Source: Promethearchaeota archaeon (GTDB taxonomy: Archaea > Asgardarchaeota > Lokiarchaeia > Sigyniarchaeales > SOKP01). Taken from it: a stretch of 64,000 nt of DNA. Positions 39,390 through 49,579 of this stretch are shown piece after piece; the first letter of the stretch is position 1, and the number at the start of each line of letters is the position of its first letter. The notes under the pieces were generated by a model, which worked only from the letters and a program-made list of their open reading frames with translations, was not told where the DNA came from and did not search any database. Location of the stretch: contig JAUVNS010000003.1 in the NCBI GenBank assembly GCA_030599585.1, positions 306,491 to 370,490 on the forward strand, given 5' to 3'. The position numbers were made by a program, and so were the translations under genes.

Positions 39390-40481
39390 TCAATTATGGA
39401 AGTTTTTATTTACAAATTTGATTTTATCATATGTGATAATATCATCTTCTTTTAAATCTTCTAAAGCTGTTCCTCCAACAACATAATCAAGCATAAAGGG
39501 GGGAATTCCTGTACCTGGTCTTTTGAAAGTTATCATTTCATCAGTTATTATATCTCCTTTTGAGATATCCTGATTAGCAATTAAACTCCTTCTAGCATGA
39601 GTCCTCGAATTCATTTCGCAAGGAAGTGGTTGTTTATGATACTTTCCACTGATTTTTTGAACAAATCTTATCTTTACTATTAGATTTTGCAAATCTAATG
39701 GGTCCATCGAATGATAATGATCATTTCCTGGAAGACTTTTATCAAGTGTAAAATGTTTTTCTATAATTTTAGCACCGTAAGTATAAGCGATAGTAGGAAC
39801 TAGCATTGAATCATCAGGTTTAGTATGATCAGAAAAACCTAATATGTATTCAGGGTAAATATTACCAAGATGTTTAATCATGTTAAGATTCGCATCTTTG
39901 TATTTTGTAGGGTAATCTAATATACAATGGAATAAACATATTTCATTATTCCCCGTAGATTTGATCGTATTTATCGCCCTTTCAATCTCTCCTAGTGTTG
40001 CAGCTCCAGTTGATAAGAATATGGGTTTTTTTTTATTTGCAACATATTCAATAAAAGGAGTATTTGTTAAATCTGAAGAGGATATTTTAAATATTGGCAT
40101 CAAATCATCTAAGTAATCTGCAGCACTAAAATCAAATGGTGTAGATAGAAACATTAAGTTCTTTTTAGTGCAAAATTCTGAAAGTTCCTTATACTCTTCA
40201 AAGCCAAATTTATCATATTTCTTAAATAATTTGTATTGAGAATCAGTAGGTTCTTCTTTTAAATCCCAATATGCTGGAGCATGTTTGGACACGATCTTCT
40301 CGGTTTTATAAGTTTGGAATTTTACAGCATCTGCCCCCTTTTCTTTTACTTCTTTAATCATCTTTTTAGCAGCATTTAATAAAGTAAGGTTTTCTTTATC
40401 AGCGATATCATAGTAATTCACGCCTATATCTGCTATTATGAAAAATCCATTTTCCTCTATTGTTTGCTTATAATCTTTCAC
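39390..40481 (-). CDS. neuB: Nonulosonic acid synthase (NeuB/SpsE/PseI family) with SAF domain
   Basis: ADAVKFQ, FLSTPFD, FKISSSD, LSTGA, GFSDHT, IEKHFTLD, GNDH, KRPGTG. Confidence 0.9.
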   Translation of the reverse strand: MKDYKQTIEENGFFIIADIGVNYYDIADKENLTLLNAAKKMIKEVKEKGADAVKFQTYKTEKIVSKHAPAYWDLKEEPTDSQYKLFKKYDKFGFEEYKELSEFCTKKNLMFLSTPFDFSAADYLDDLMPIFKISSSDLTNTPFIEYVANKKKPIFLSTGAATLGEIERAINTIKSTGNNEICLFHCILDYPTKYKDANLNMIKHLGNIYPEYILGFSDHTKPDDSMLVPTIAYTYGAKIIEKHFTLDKSLPGNDHYHSMDPLDLQNLIVKIRFVQKISGKYHKQPLPCEMNSRTHARRSLIANQDISKGDIITDEMITFKRPGTGIPPFMLDYVVGGTALEDLKEDDIITYDKIKFVNKNFHN

Positions 40482-42148
40482 TTCTTTACCATCTCTTCAT
40501 ATTTTTCATATTCACTAAAAATTAATCCTAATACGTTACTAATACCAGACCGTAGATTATTCTCCAACATTAATATGTTATTCTTTTTACGTAAATCATA
40601 ATCATTTATTAATCTAATAAGAGCACTTTTAATTTCATCATCTGGTATTTTTGTACCTAATCCAACATTAATTATCCCATTCTCTTCGCTTGCGAAAGTA
40701 TGGAGTAAACCTCTTTCATTTTCTACTAATACAATTGTAGGAACTCCAATAGAGGCTAATTCATATACAGTTCTTCCTGCAGCAGTTAACGCAATATCTG
40801 CCTCATACATATATTTACTTATATGGTTGATATGTTGCTTTACATTCACTTCGAAACTATAGTCTTTAGATTTTTGCTTTAATTTTTCAGCATTTTTATA
40901 TCCTAGACCCAATATAGCATTTACTTTTAGATCCTTAATCTTTAAACTCTCAAGAATATCCAATATCTTCTCAGTATAATTATTTGGATCAGTTCCACCA
41001 TAACTGATAATGATATTTGTAACTTCTTTAGATATTCTTCTTCTACCCACAAGATGAAATTCTTCTCTTAAAATATAGTAATCCTTACCCCAGTAGTGAT
41101 TTTCAAGAAAATTTTTCCTTACATACAAAGCGTTAATAACTAAATCTGCAACTTTAGCACCTTCTCCTAAATCCTCAAAGTTTATAATGAAAATTCCTTT
41201 TTCTTTTAAAAATTTTATGTATTCTATATCTGTGTCCAAAATGTCATTAATAACTATAAAGGGTTTGAATTCTGATATGATTTTATCAAATTCTCCTTTT
41301 TTATCAAAAGTAGCTAGCTTAAAATTGTTTTCCTTAATGATTTTAGTACCGAGGTCATATTCTTGCTTAGTAACAAATAATAACTCGTGATCTATCAGTT
41401 GAGTAGCAAGTGCTAAAGTTCTATATATATGTCCCAAACCAATTTTGTTATACCCATCAACTCTTATTAGAATTCTTTTACGTTTGAGAAATTTTTCTGC
41501 CATCCACCAATCTATATGGTTTTTTATAAGAATATTTTCAGGAAGTGTGAGTTCTATTAATTTTACATTTTTGGTGATTAAATTTTGATGTTGTAGCAGA
41601 GTTTCCTTTTTAGAAATAATAATTTCACTAATTTCTTGTAATTTGCGTCTGTGATTTCGATCTTTTTCTTTTTGATATAATTTTGTACCAAAACCTTTAG
41701 AATCTTCAATCCATAACTTTAGATGAGGTTCTTCATTATATTGAACCGATAATGCCGAATCTTTTTGTGAAGAAATTAACTCCTCAATGGATTTATCGAT
41801 AGTTTCTGTTTTTATTAACGGGCAGTTTGGAAACAGGATCACAAGATAATCGTATTGTTTTTGCTCCTTTACTTCAATCTCCTTAAGTAAAACTGTAGAC
41901 AGAATATTCAAATCGTAGTTTTTTTCTAAAATTAATTCTTTTTCAGTAATAACTTTTAATGCGTTGATCTCCGTAATGTGAGCAACATTTTCATCATCAG
42001 TATAATAATAAATGTCATCTATATACTTAGATTTCTTTGCGATATCATTCGCGTATAATATTAACGGTTTTTTTACTAAGAACCGTGAAAACATTTTGGG
42101 TATTGCTTCATTTCTTATTAAAACGGGTATTATTGCTAATATATTCAT
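40478..42148 (-). CDS. Fusion of a CMP-nonulosonate synthetase-like domain and a PseG/SpsG-like UDP-sugar hydrolase
   Basis: N-terminal cytidylyltransferase (AIIP, KPLI, P..PL). C-terminal RVDG...IGLGHIYR, SYGGTDP, AAGRTVYELA..GVP. Confidence 0.85.
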   Translation of the reverse strand: MNILAIIPVLIRNEAIPKMFSRFLVKKPLILYANDIAKKSKYIDDIYYYTDDENVAHITEINALKVITEKELILEKNYDLNILSTVLLKEIEVKEQKQYDYLVILFPNCPLIKTETIDKSIEELISSQKDSALSVQYNEEPHLKLWIEDSKGFGTKLYQKEKDRNHRRKLQEISEIIISKKETLLQHQNLITKNVKLIELTLPENILIKNHIDWWMAEKFLKRKRILIRVDGYNKIGLGHIYRTLALATQLIDHELLFVTKQEYDLGTKIIKENNFKLATFDKKGEFDKIISEFKPFIVINDILDTDIEYIKFLKEKGIFIINFEDLGEGAKVADLVINALYVRKNFLENHYWGKDYYILREEFHLVGRRRISKEVTNIIISYGGTDPNNYTEKILDILESLKIKDLKVNAILGLGYKNAEKLKQKSKDYSFEVNVKQHINHISKYMYEADIALTAAGRTVYELASIGVPTIVLVENERGLLHTFASEENGIINVGLGTKIPDDEIKSALIRLINDYDLRKKNNILMLENNLRSGISNVLGLIFSEYEKYEEMVKK

Positions 42149-42286
42149 TTTATATTTTCAAATCTAGGCTTAAATTTTTATTATTTAACTCCATTAAGGT
42201 ATTCCCTTCTCTTAAAAATTCAAAATAACCTTTAAATCTTAGCAAAAAGGCTTCTATGATGTTTCAGATGCCTTAATATTTCGATT

Positions 42287-43348
42287 TTAACCATCTATAT
42301 GATATTTTTTGAACGATTGATCCTTATCTATTTCTTGTTTAAGCTTCTTATTTAGTAGATATTCATATTCTTTTTGTTCATAATCACTTTTCTCCAGAGT
42401 TACTTTATAACTAACATTATCACTTTTTAGTGTATCTCCTTTTTTTAGATCCCTACTAGCAACTAATTGTTTTTCTCTGTTCTTGTATTTTAACTCCACT
42501 TCATTCAAAATCGATAGGTTGTTGTCACCTAAAATGGTAATTAAACTATCCAATTCATTTCTTAGCACAATTAAATCTCGATGGCCCACCGCTGCTTCAT
42601 AATCCGTCCTTTGTAACCCTTTCTTTAAAACTATATGCTTTTCAAATAACCTTGCCCCACAAAGGTATGCATATTTAACAATTTCATTCCCCCTCTTAAT
42701 TTCAGAAAAGGAGGTATGATCTGCATATCCTAAAACGTTCTTATAATTCTCTTTCAAACTATGTAATTTTGATAGATTCAATTTTTCATAATCAGTCGGA
42801 AAACTTTGGAATCCGTACATCAAAATTAAATTTGCTTTTATTGCAGATTTTAAGTTATCTATTTCTTCCATTGTAAAATTAATATCATCTAGAGTACGAC
42901 CACCAACTCCAAGAATTATCACAGAGTTTAAATCAACTAATTTTTCTATATATGGAACTTGATTGAAACATATAGAATGAACCTCTATTGCATCTATAGA
43001 ATCAATGTTCTCTCGTACTAGATCCAAGCTTTTCAAATCGATAGGCAAAATTACTACTTCTAAATTCTTGGATTTAGCATATTTTATTACATTAATCCAA
43101 GATTTTTTATCAATATACCATTTATGGAAATTTTGAAAAATCTCCGTATTTTCAGTATATGAATCATCAATATCTAATAATATCTGAAATTTCACTCCAT
43201 CTGCTTTTCCCTCAACGGCGGTATCGATTTGATTTTTTAGATAGTCGATGCTGCCTTCGTGAGAAAAAGCAGTTTCAGCTAGAACGAAGTAATTTTTATT
43301 TCCTTCCTTTATTAATTCGTTTAGTTTTATCCTTTTCATAAAAATCAT
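42287..43348 (-). CDS. Second, divergent NeuB-family synthase (start may be ATG at 43339)
   Basis: AETAFSHEG, ADGVKFQ, FQSFPT, GYADHT, FEKH, C-terminal SAF-like domain. Confidence 0.8.
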   Translation of the reverse strand: MIFMKRIKLNELIKEGNKNYFVLAETAFSHEGSIDYLKNQIDTAVEGKADGVKFQILLDIDDSYTENTEIFQNFHKWYIDKKSWINVIKYAKSKNLEVVILPIDLKSLDLVRENIDSIDAIEVHSICFNQVPYIEKLVDLNSVIILGVGGRTLDDINFTMEEIDNLKSAIKANLILMYGFQSFPTDYEKLNLSKLHSLKENYKNVLGYADHTSFSEIKRGNEIVKYAYLCGARLFEKHIVLKKGLQRTDYEAAVGHRDLIVLRNELDSLITILGDNNLSILNEVELKYKNREKQLVASRDLKKGDTLKSDNVSYKVTLEKSDYEQKEYEYLLNKKLKQEIDKDQSFKKYHIDG

Positions 43349-44150
43349 CTTCCAATTTTACAATATTACATGTTTTATACTTTTCTTCTAATTCTTCTAA
43401 ATATTCCCCGTAGATTTTTTTCGTATTGTTAGGAAAATTAATCTTAATATTACGACTGATTTCTAAATAAGGAATAGGGGTGGTTTTATTTAGATTTAAT
43501 ATATCATCTAAATATATCACTTTTTTTTCTTTTAGATGCTTCATAATAAAAAGAGTCCTTTCAAAATCCTCTGGTGTGTCCACTGTAAGACTAAACAATG
43601 GATTCTTCATTATTGAAGGTGGATATAGGATCAATTTCCTTAAATTATTTTCGCTAAAGAAGATATAATAAGTCAGATATTCTGTCTGATCAAGATCTAA
43701 AGAGGAATATATTTTTTTTAATCCAGAAACAGAAAAAATCTCAGATGTAACTCCTAATGGAAGTGTGGTTGTTCTTGTATAATCAGCTTTGTGTTTATTG
43801 TGAAGTTCTATCATTTTATCAGTAAATATCTCATCACAAAATATGTTGTCACCTGTAATTCTTATGACATTATCTGCATTTTCAAATGCTGCAACATTCA
43901 GCATTCGATCAATAACCACTTCTTTACTTCCTGCATACCCATAGATACCATTTTCTTTTGCGATTGAAAGTAGTATTTCATCATCAGGATCAACAGATGT
44001 ACATAAATATATTTTATCAATATTATGAGCTCTTTTTACTCTATCTATTAAATGTTCAATCAGCTTTTTATTACCTATATCTCTTAGTACTTTTTTAGGT
44101 AATCTTCTTGAATTGGTCCTGGCAATTATACAACCAATAGTTTTTGGCAT
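43296..44150 (-). CDS. SpsF-type cytidylyltransferase
   Basis: IIARTNSRRLPKKVL, RITGDN, P.G...E, LTVDTPEDF. Confidence 0.88.
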   Translation of the reverse strand: MPKTIGCIIARTNSRRLPKKVLRDIGNKKLIEHLIDRVKRAHNIDKIYLCTSVDPDDEILLSIAKENGIYGYAGSKEVVIDRMLNVAAFENADNVIRITGDNIFCDEIFTDKMIELHNKHKADYTRTTTLPLGVTSEIFSVSGLKKIYSSLDLDQTEYLTYYIFFSENNLRKLILYPPSIMKNPLFSLTVDTPEDFERTLFIMKHLKEKKVIYLDDILNLNKTTPIPYLEISRNIKINFPNNTKKIYGEYLEELEEKYKTCNIVKLEDDFYEKDKTKRINKGRK

Positions 44151-44334
44151 GATTATTTCAAAACAACACTATTAGTATAACATTTATACTCGTAATGTTT
44201 AATTTTTTATAGATTTCATTGAAAGTAATTTCTATGTCATACAATATTTGGAAAACTTTGATTCAAGATTTTGGGCAATCACCATCTAGCCCGTTTAGGA
44301 TTAATTCTTCTAATCGTTATTGTTCATCTAGTTT

Positions 44335-44581
44335 TTCATGAAACTATCCTTTTTTGAGTTTTTGGTAATGTTCTTTATTCTGGTATTTGAAGACCTTTAC
44401 GGGATATCCTCCAGCAATCTCTATTTTGGTATATCAAGAAAAATGACCTTATTTTTGTATCTGACTTATAAGAAGCGATGAGTTTCATATTTCTTTTTAA
44501 CACCGATTAAGGAACAATATATTTCAATGTTGAATTCTTTGTTATTCTGAGATTTCTGAATCTTTTCTTCCTCAGTATTAA
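44335..44581 (-). pseudogene. Decayed, internally deleted paralog of the acetyltransferase at 36213-36752
   Basis: 5' part ILRKKRFRNLRITKNSTLKYIVP*SVLKRNMKLIASYKS matches the N-terminus. 3' part IAGGYPVKVFKYQNKEHYQKLKKG*FH matches the C-terminus. Start TTG has become TTA, there are in-frame stops, and the hexapeptide core is missing. Confidence 0.85.
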
Positions 44582-44760
44582 TCAATCCCACTACTCTGAA
44601 AGACCATCTAACTATTGAATTATACATTTAGGATTATTATAGCGAATTTATATTTTTTTCCAATTATTCATACTAATCCGTAGTTTATAGAATTAAATCT
44701 AAATAATTTCTCTTATTATACCTAAAGTTAAAATATTTTTTATAAAACATATTTAGTATT

Positions 44761-44870
44761 TAATCTTGAAAAATTAACCATCTCGATTAATTAAAGAATT
44801 TAATAAAGCATAAATTATCCTTTTTATTATAAATTCATAGTCTAATAAGGAATTTCTCGCTTTAAACCAT
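44761..44870 (+). repeat. Copy 2 of the ~110-bp direct repeat; upstream region of the 620-aa gene
   Basis: Matches 37790-37900 and runs into the ATG at 44869. Confidence 0.85.
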
Positions 44871-46731
44871 GAAAGTATTGATACTTTACAACTTTTTTAA
44901 TTATCAAAATAAATTTCTGCCAAAGATTATTAAGAAATTACTCAAATATTATAATTCTTCAAAATTGAATTCAATTATATCTCAAATTAGAAAAGATTTC
45001 TCATATAACGTAGATATAACTGTTCTTACCCCAATAAATGAGGAATTGAAACTAAAATCAAAGATTTCACTTAAATTCTTGCCAAAATTAAGGGTTGAGA
45101 TCGATCGTTTAATTTTTAGAGGAATCAAGGATGATGTAGTGCAAAAAACTAAGCAAACGTTAAAAACTCTTTATTCTAACTTATTAGATTTACAAATTTA
45201 CTCTCTTAAGGGGACATTTTTACCTAAAATATTTGAATTCGAACTCTCATTATTTCTTAACGAATTTTTTGGGAAATATGAGTTAATAAAAAAAATAATT
45301 CAAGAAAGAGAATACGATGAAATTTATTTATGTAATATTAATAATAGGTCATTAGATTTTTTCAAAAAGATCAATTCAGATATGAAGTTATTCAATGACA
45401 ATTTTTTCTTAAAAAATGCCAATCTCTTAAACGGGATAAGTACTATCCACTACCTTTTGATAACTTTGGGCCTAAATTTCAAAAGGATTTTATTCAAGAA
45501 GCAATTGCAAAGTAATTACATGCTAGATAATAAGAAAAAGAATATTCTTTTTTTCGCAAATTCAGATAACCAAATAAAAAGTATAATGCCAATTTATACT
45601 AATTTACAAAGTGAAAAGCTAGTAAACCCCGTAAAATATAGCAGTGAAACCTTTACATCAACAAGAAGCCTAACTCAGATTATTAAATACATACTCCAAG
45701 TTAGAAGGATACTCAAATGTCATAAAAGAATGATTGCAAGAAATTTAAACTACGATTCAATAAATTTAGGGAAATTTTTAGAAATCTATTACTTAAAGGG
45801 GCACTTAGTTGATTTAATAAGAAGCTATAATGTGTTACAAAACTTTATCGAATTCAATAAAAAATTTCATTCATCATTAGTGATAATCCCTAACGATTAT
45901 ACGGGCACCATGAGATTAATTACGAATTTTTGTAAACTAAAGAAAATTCCGACATTATTTATCCCTCACGCCGCAATCCCAATAATAGAGGAGATGGTTA
46001 CAAAAAATGATATTAAATATTTTGCGCTAGGAGGGAACTACGACAAAGAATATTATATCCAAAAAGGAGTAGATAGTGAAAATATAGAAATAACAGGAGT
46101 GCCAAGATATGAATACTTTTATAAAAATGAATTTATCAAATTATCAGAAGTTCGAGATATGTTCGATGGAAGAAAACATAACTTTACTCAGCATAAGTTA
46201 ACAGTTCTATTAACAACTAATCCGATCGATGATGAGTCAAATGAAAAAATTATTAAAACAGTCCTAAAATCACTCAAGCAATTGAAAATAGAAAACCAAT
46301 TAATAATAAAACTACACCCTCGCGAAAACGGTCTTATCCACAGAAAAATCTGTAGAGAATTGAAACTAAGTCCAATAATAATCAAAAATTATCAAATCTT
46401 AAATGTTATTAAATCATGCGATATATTAATCTCACAAAAATCCACAACCATTTTAGAGGCTATGATCGTCGGAACTCCAGTTATTTGTTTAGATGTAGTT
46501 AATAAATCATTTAGAGAAACTAGTAAATATCTATTTTTAGATGAAAAATATGTTTATATGGCATACAATCAAGATGAATTAACTGAACATATAAGAAATT
46601 TGATTACAAACAAGGAAAGATTAAAAGATTATATCAAAAAATTAAAAACAAATGCAGAAAAGTTTATCTTTTACGATATAAATAATCCCCCAATAAAGAA
46701 AATAAGTGAACTAATTGCTTATCTTGATTAA
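44869..46731 (+). CDS. GT-B-fold protein (capsule-synthesis / CDP-glycerol transferase-like); candidate nonulosonate transferase
   Basis: FIPHA, ITGVPRYE, IKLHPRE, STTILEAMIVGTPVI; divergent from the NeuB cassette. Confidence 0.6.
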   Translation: MKVLILYNFFNYQNKFLPKIIKKLLKYYNSSKLNSIISQIRKDFSYNVDITVLTPINEELKLKSKISLKFLPKLRVEIDRLIFRGIKDDVVQKTKQTLKTLYSNLLDLQIYSLKGTFLPKIFEFELSLFLNEFFGKYELIKKIIQEREYDEIYLCNINNRSLDFFKKINSDMKLFNDNFFLKNANLLNGISTIHYLLITLGLNFKRILFKKQLQSNYMLDNKKKNILFFANSDNQIKSIMPIYTNLQSEKLVNPVKYSSETFTSTRSLTQIIKYILQVRRILKCHKRMIARNLNYDSINLGKFLEIYYLKGHLVDLIRSYNVLQNFIEFNKKFHSSLVIIPNDYTGTMRLITNFCKLKKIPTLFIPHAAIPIIEEMVTKNDIKYFALGGNYDKEYYIQKGVDSENIEITGVPRYEYFYKNEFIKLSEVRDMFDGRKHNFTQHKLTVLLTTNPIDDESNEKIIKTVLKSLKQLKIENQLIIKLHPRENGLIHRKICRELKLSPIIIKNYQILNVIKSCDILISQKSTTILEAMIVGTPVICLDVVNKSFRETSKYLFLDEKYVYMAYNQDELTEHIRNLITNKERLKDYIKKLKTNAEKFIFYDINNPPIKKISELIAYLD

Positions 46732-46813
46732 TTAAAAAATCTTAGGATTCTATATTTTCACGACTAATTTTTTCTTAGAAACCATCATCTCATAAGAACA
46801 ATTTCAAGGTTCT

Positions 46814-47569
46814 TCATTTTTGAATAATTCCTATTACCAAACCATTAGCATGAGGATAAGGTATTCCAGATTTTGCATGTTGAATATTTTTCCAATTGGT
46901 TTCAATCCATCGGTTATCCCCTGAAATGCGTTTTAATGCATAGAATTCTTGAAAAGCGATCTCCTTTCGGTGCAATATTTTATCTAAATTTGGATTATAA
47001 CCTATTGGAATTGAAACAATAATTTTTCCATTTGAAGTTAGGTGGTTTTTTAGAATTTCAATTACACGGATTACTTTTTTAGGATCAAAGGGCTTTTCTG
47101 TCCACCCAATATGTTCTATTGTTGATATACTTATTATTAAATCATATTTTTTTTTATTATTAAAATCCACAATATCTTGATTAATAATACCCTTAGCTCT
47201 TTCATACTTGTCTACTATATCGTGATCAACATTAAAATAATGGGAAAGAACATTTCCAACCTCTAAGATACTCTTACCTTCATTACTTTGCATGATTCCC
47301 CAGAAGATTGGGATTTCAACAATTCTCTCGTTTTCCCAAGTATTGTTATATTTATGAAAAAAATATTTATAGTCTTTACCTTGGAAATTAAAAGAATTTG
47401 AAGATTTAACTAGTTTATAATAATAATAATAAAACAATTTCTTAAGTCGCTTTTTTACATAATGATTAATAATTCGATGAAAAATGTAAAAAAATCCTTC
47501 ATTAACAGAAGCATCTTTAAGTTTATGTAAGAAACGGTTGATTATTTGAGCAATATTAGGTTTTGCCAT
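46814..47569 (-). CDS. SAM methyltransferase-like protein (DUF268-like)
   Basis: NERIVEIP, ILEVGN, ISISTIEHIG, GKIIVSIPIG. Confidence 0.7.
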   Translation of the reverse strand: MAKPNIAQIINRFLHKLKDASVNEGFFYIFHRIINHYVKKRLKKLFYYYYYKLVKSSNSFNFQGKDYKYFFHKYNNTWENERIVEIPIFWGIMQSNEGKSILEVGNVLSHYFNVDHDIVDKYERAKGIINQDIVDFNNKKKYDLIISISTIEHIGWTEKPFDPKKVIRVIEILKNHLTSNGKIIVSIPIGYNPNLDKILHRKEIAFQEFYALKRISGDNRWIETNWKNIQHAKSGIPYPHANGLVIGIIQK

Positions 47570-47594
47570 TTCTTAGACCATCATGAGAAGGATT

Positions 47595-48434
47595 TTAATT
47601 CATATTTTTTAAATTATCATTTAAAAAAACAGCATTTCCCCACCAACCTCTTCTAGAAGGGTGATACTGTATCATTGAGAAACCTTTACCTTTCAAAAAT
47701 TCTAATATCTCTCTAAATAGTTTCTGCCCCTTATATATTTCTTGATGAGATACTTCTAAATAGATTGCTTGAATACTAAATATCAAATCTCCCATTCCTT
47801 CCAGTGCTTCGTATTCTGCTCCTTGTAAGTCTAACCAACATAAATCTAATTTATTAATCCCCTTTTCTTTTGCCCATGTATCAATTCTTATACCCTCTAC
47901 GGTTATTTCTTTTTGAGGGAGTATCTCAGCGAAATCGTATTTACCAGAAGCTTTATATAGACTACTTGCACCAATATTATCTGTAGTTACTGGATAAAAT
48001 TGTAGCTTCTCATTTTTATTACCAACTGCATGTGGGACAACTTCTATATTTTTATAATATTTAACATTCTCAATACATTTTTTTATAGAAGGGGGATTAC
48101 ATTCGAAAGCAAAAATTTTTGCATGAGGAAAAATTCTAAAGAATTCAATGCTTTGTATAGCATCTCTTGACCCTAATTCTAATATTACATTAGGATAAGA
48201 GATCTTATCAATAATATGACATAAGAAATACCTTTCAACATCAGTCTTCCAAAAATAATAGAGTGCCCAATTATTATTTCTGTTTATTAAAAATCGAAAT
48301 AGTTTGGATTTGATCTTTAAAATAGTCATATTTCTTAAATTCTTAAATTTATCAATTAACTTAAGTGTAAATTTCTTATTAAAAGAAGAATTTTTATTTC
48401 TTATTATTCTAAACAGAATTTTTTTAAAAATCAT
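47595..48434 (-). CDS. FkbM-family methyltransferase
   Basis: ILELGS, FAFECNP, ASSL, LDLQGAEYEALEG, EVS...Y.GQ.LF. Confidence 0.88.
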   Translation of the reverse strand: MIFKKILFRIIRNKNSSFNKKFTLKLIDKFKNLRNMTILKIKSKLFRFLINRNNNWALYYFWKTDVERYFLCHIIDKISYPNVILELGSRDAIQSIEFFRIFPHAKIFAFECNPPSIKKCIENVKYYKNIEVVPHAVGNKNEKLQFYPVTTDNIGASSLYKASGKYDFAEILPQKEITVEGIRIDTWAKEKGINKLDLCWLDLQGAEYEALEGMGDLIFSIQAIYLEVSHQEIYKGQKLFREILEFLKGKGFSMIQYHPSRRGWWGNAVFLNDNLKNMN

Positions 48435-48510
48435 AATTTTCCTGAAACTTGAAACTTAAAAATTGATAGCAATTTTCTTGAATAATAACATGTAATTAAG
48501 TATTTGAATA

Positions 48511-49473
48511 TTAAAGAAATTTACTATTGATTCGTCTAAGTAATTTAATTATAATCTTATAGAATTTAGAGAAAACTGAATCCTTAATTCTAATGTATTT
48601 TAACCAAGATTCGTTTGTTAGTTTTACCCACTTCTTAAATTCCTTCAAATTCAATGCGTTATTATCCATCAGAATTTTGATAGACCTATTAACATTTTCA
48701 ACTAAATACCTCTTATTTGGTTTCAAATACTTGATAATTCCTCTTACCTGCATATTATATGTTCTTATTTTCAACTTTTTATCAGGAATTCGCTTAATAA
48801 TTACATTTTCAAATTTTGGATTTTTTTCCCCTTTTTTATTCATACGTTCATGAAAAATATATGTATCAAGAACACGACCATATTTATAACCCTGTGCTTC
48901 GACCAATCCTTGAAAAATCATATCTTCATTTCTATAAAGATAATCGTCATTAATTTTTGATATGATGTTTTTAAATGCTATTTTTTTACCCATTTGACCT
49001 CCTGAAAAAGGACGACTTCTATTTTTAACATTAAGAACATTAAATCCTATTATTACAACATTCCATCTATCGCATTCGTACCAATCATATTCATTCTGAT
49101 GTTTTTTCATATTGTCATACCAATTTTCTGGGAGATATACATCATCATGTAAGTAAACAAACCATTCAGTTTCAACAAGAGAAATTAATTCAGCAATACA
49201 GTAACCAAGAGTACGATTATTTGATTGGTCAACTACTAATACTCTCGGAAACTTATTAATAATTTCAATAGAATCATCAGTAGAACCACCATTTCCGATA
49301 ATTAATCTATTTATTGGTATTTCATTATAAAAAGAATATAAATTCTTCTCAAAAAGTGGATTTGTATTAAAAACTGGTATTATTACATCAACAGATTCTT
49401 CATTTCTGATTGTTTTTCTATCAGAAAATTCTTCTTTTTTACAAATATTCTCGAAAAATTTATTCTCTTCCAT
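48511..49473 (-). CDS. Glycosyltransferase family 2
   Basis: VDVIIPVFN, GGSTDDS, YLHDDV, NED. Confidence 0.85.
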   Translation of the reverse strand: MEENKFFENICKKEEFSDRKTIRNEESVDVIIPVFNTNPLFEKNLYSFYNEIPINRLIIGNGGSTDDSIEIINKFPRVLVVDQSNNRTLGYCIAELISLVETEWFVYLHDDVYLPENWYDNMKKHQNEYDWYECDRWNVVIIGFNVLNVKNRSRPFSGGQMGKKIAFKNIISKINDDYLYRNEDMIFQGLVEAQGYKYGRVLDTYIFHERMNKKGEKNPKFENVIIKRIPDKKLKIRTYNMQVRGIIKYLKPNKRYLVENVNRSIKILMDNNALNLKEFKKWVKLTNESWLKYIRIKDSVFSKFYKIIIKLLRRINSKFL

Positions 49474-49579
49474 TTTTTCTCTCCTCTGATTGAACTCTTT
49501 TATAGATTGCTTCTTTAAATAATTAATTCTGTTTAGTTTTAATACCCTAATTAATTTTAATTATTCGATTAGACTGGTG

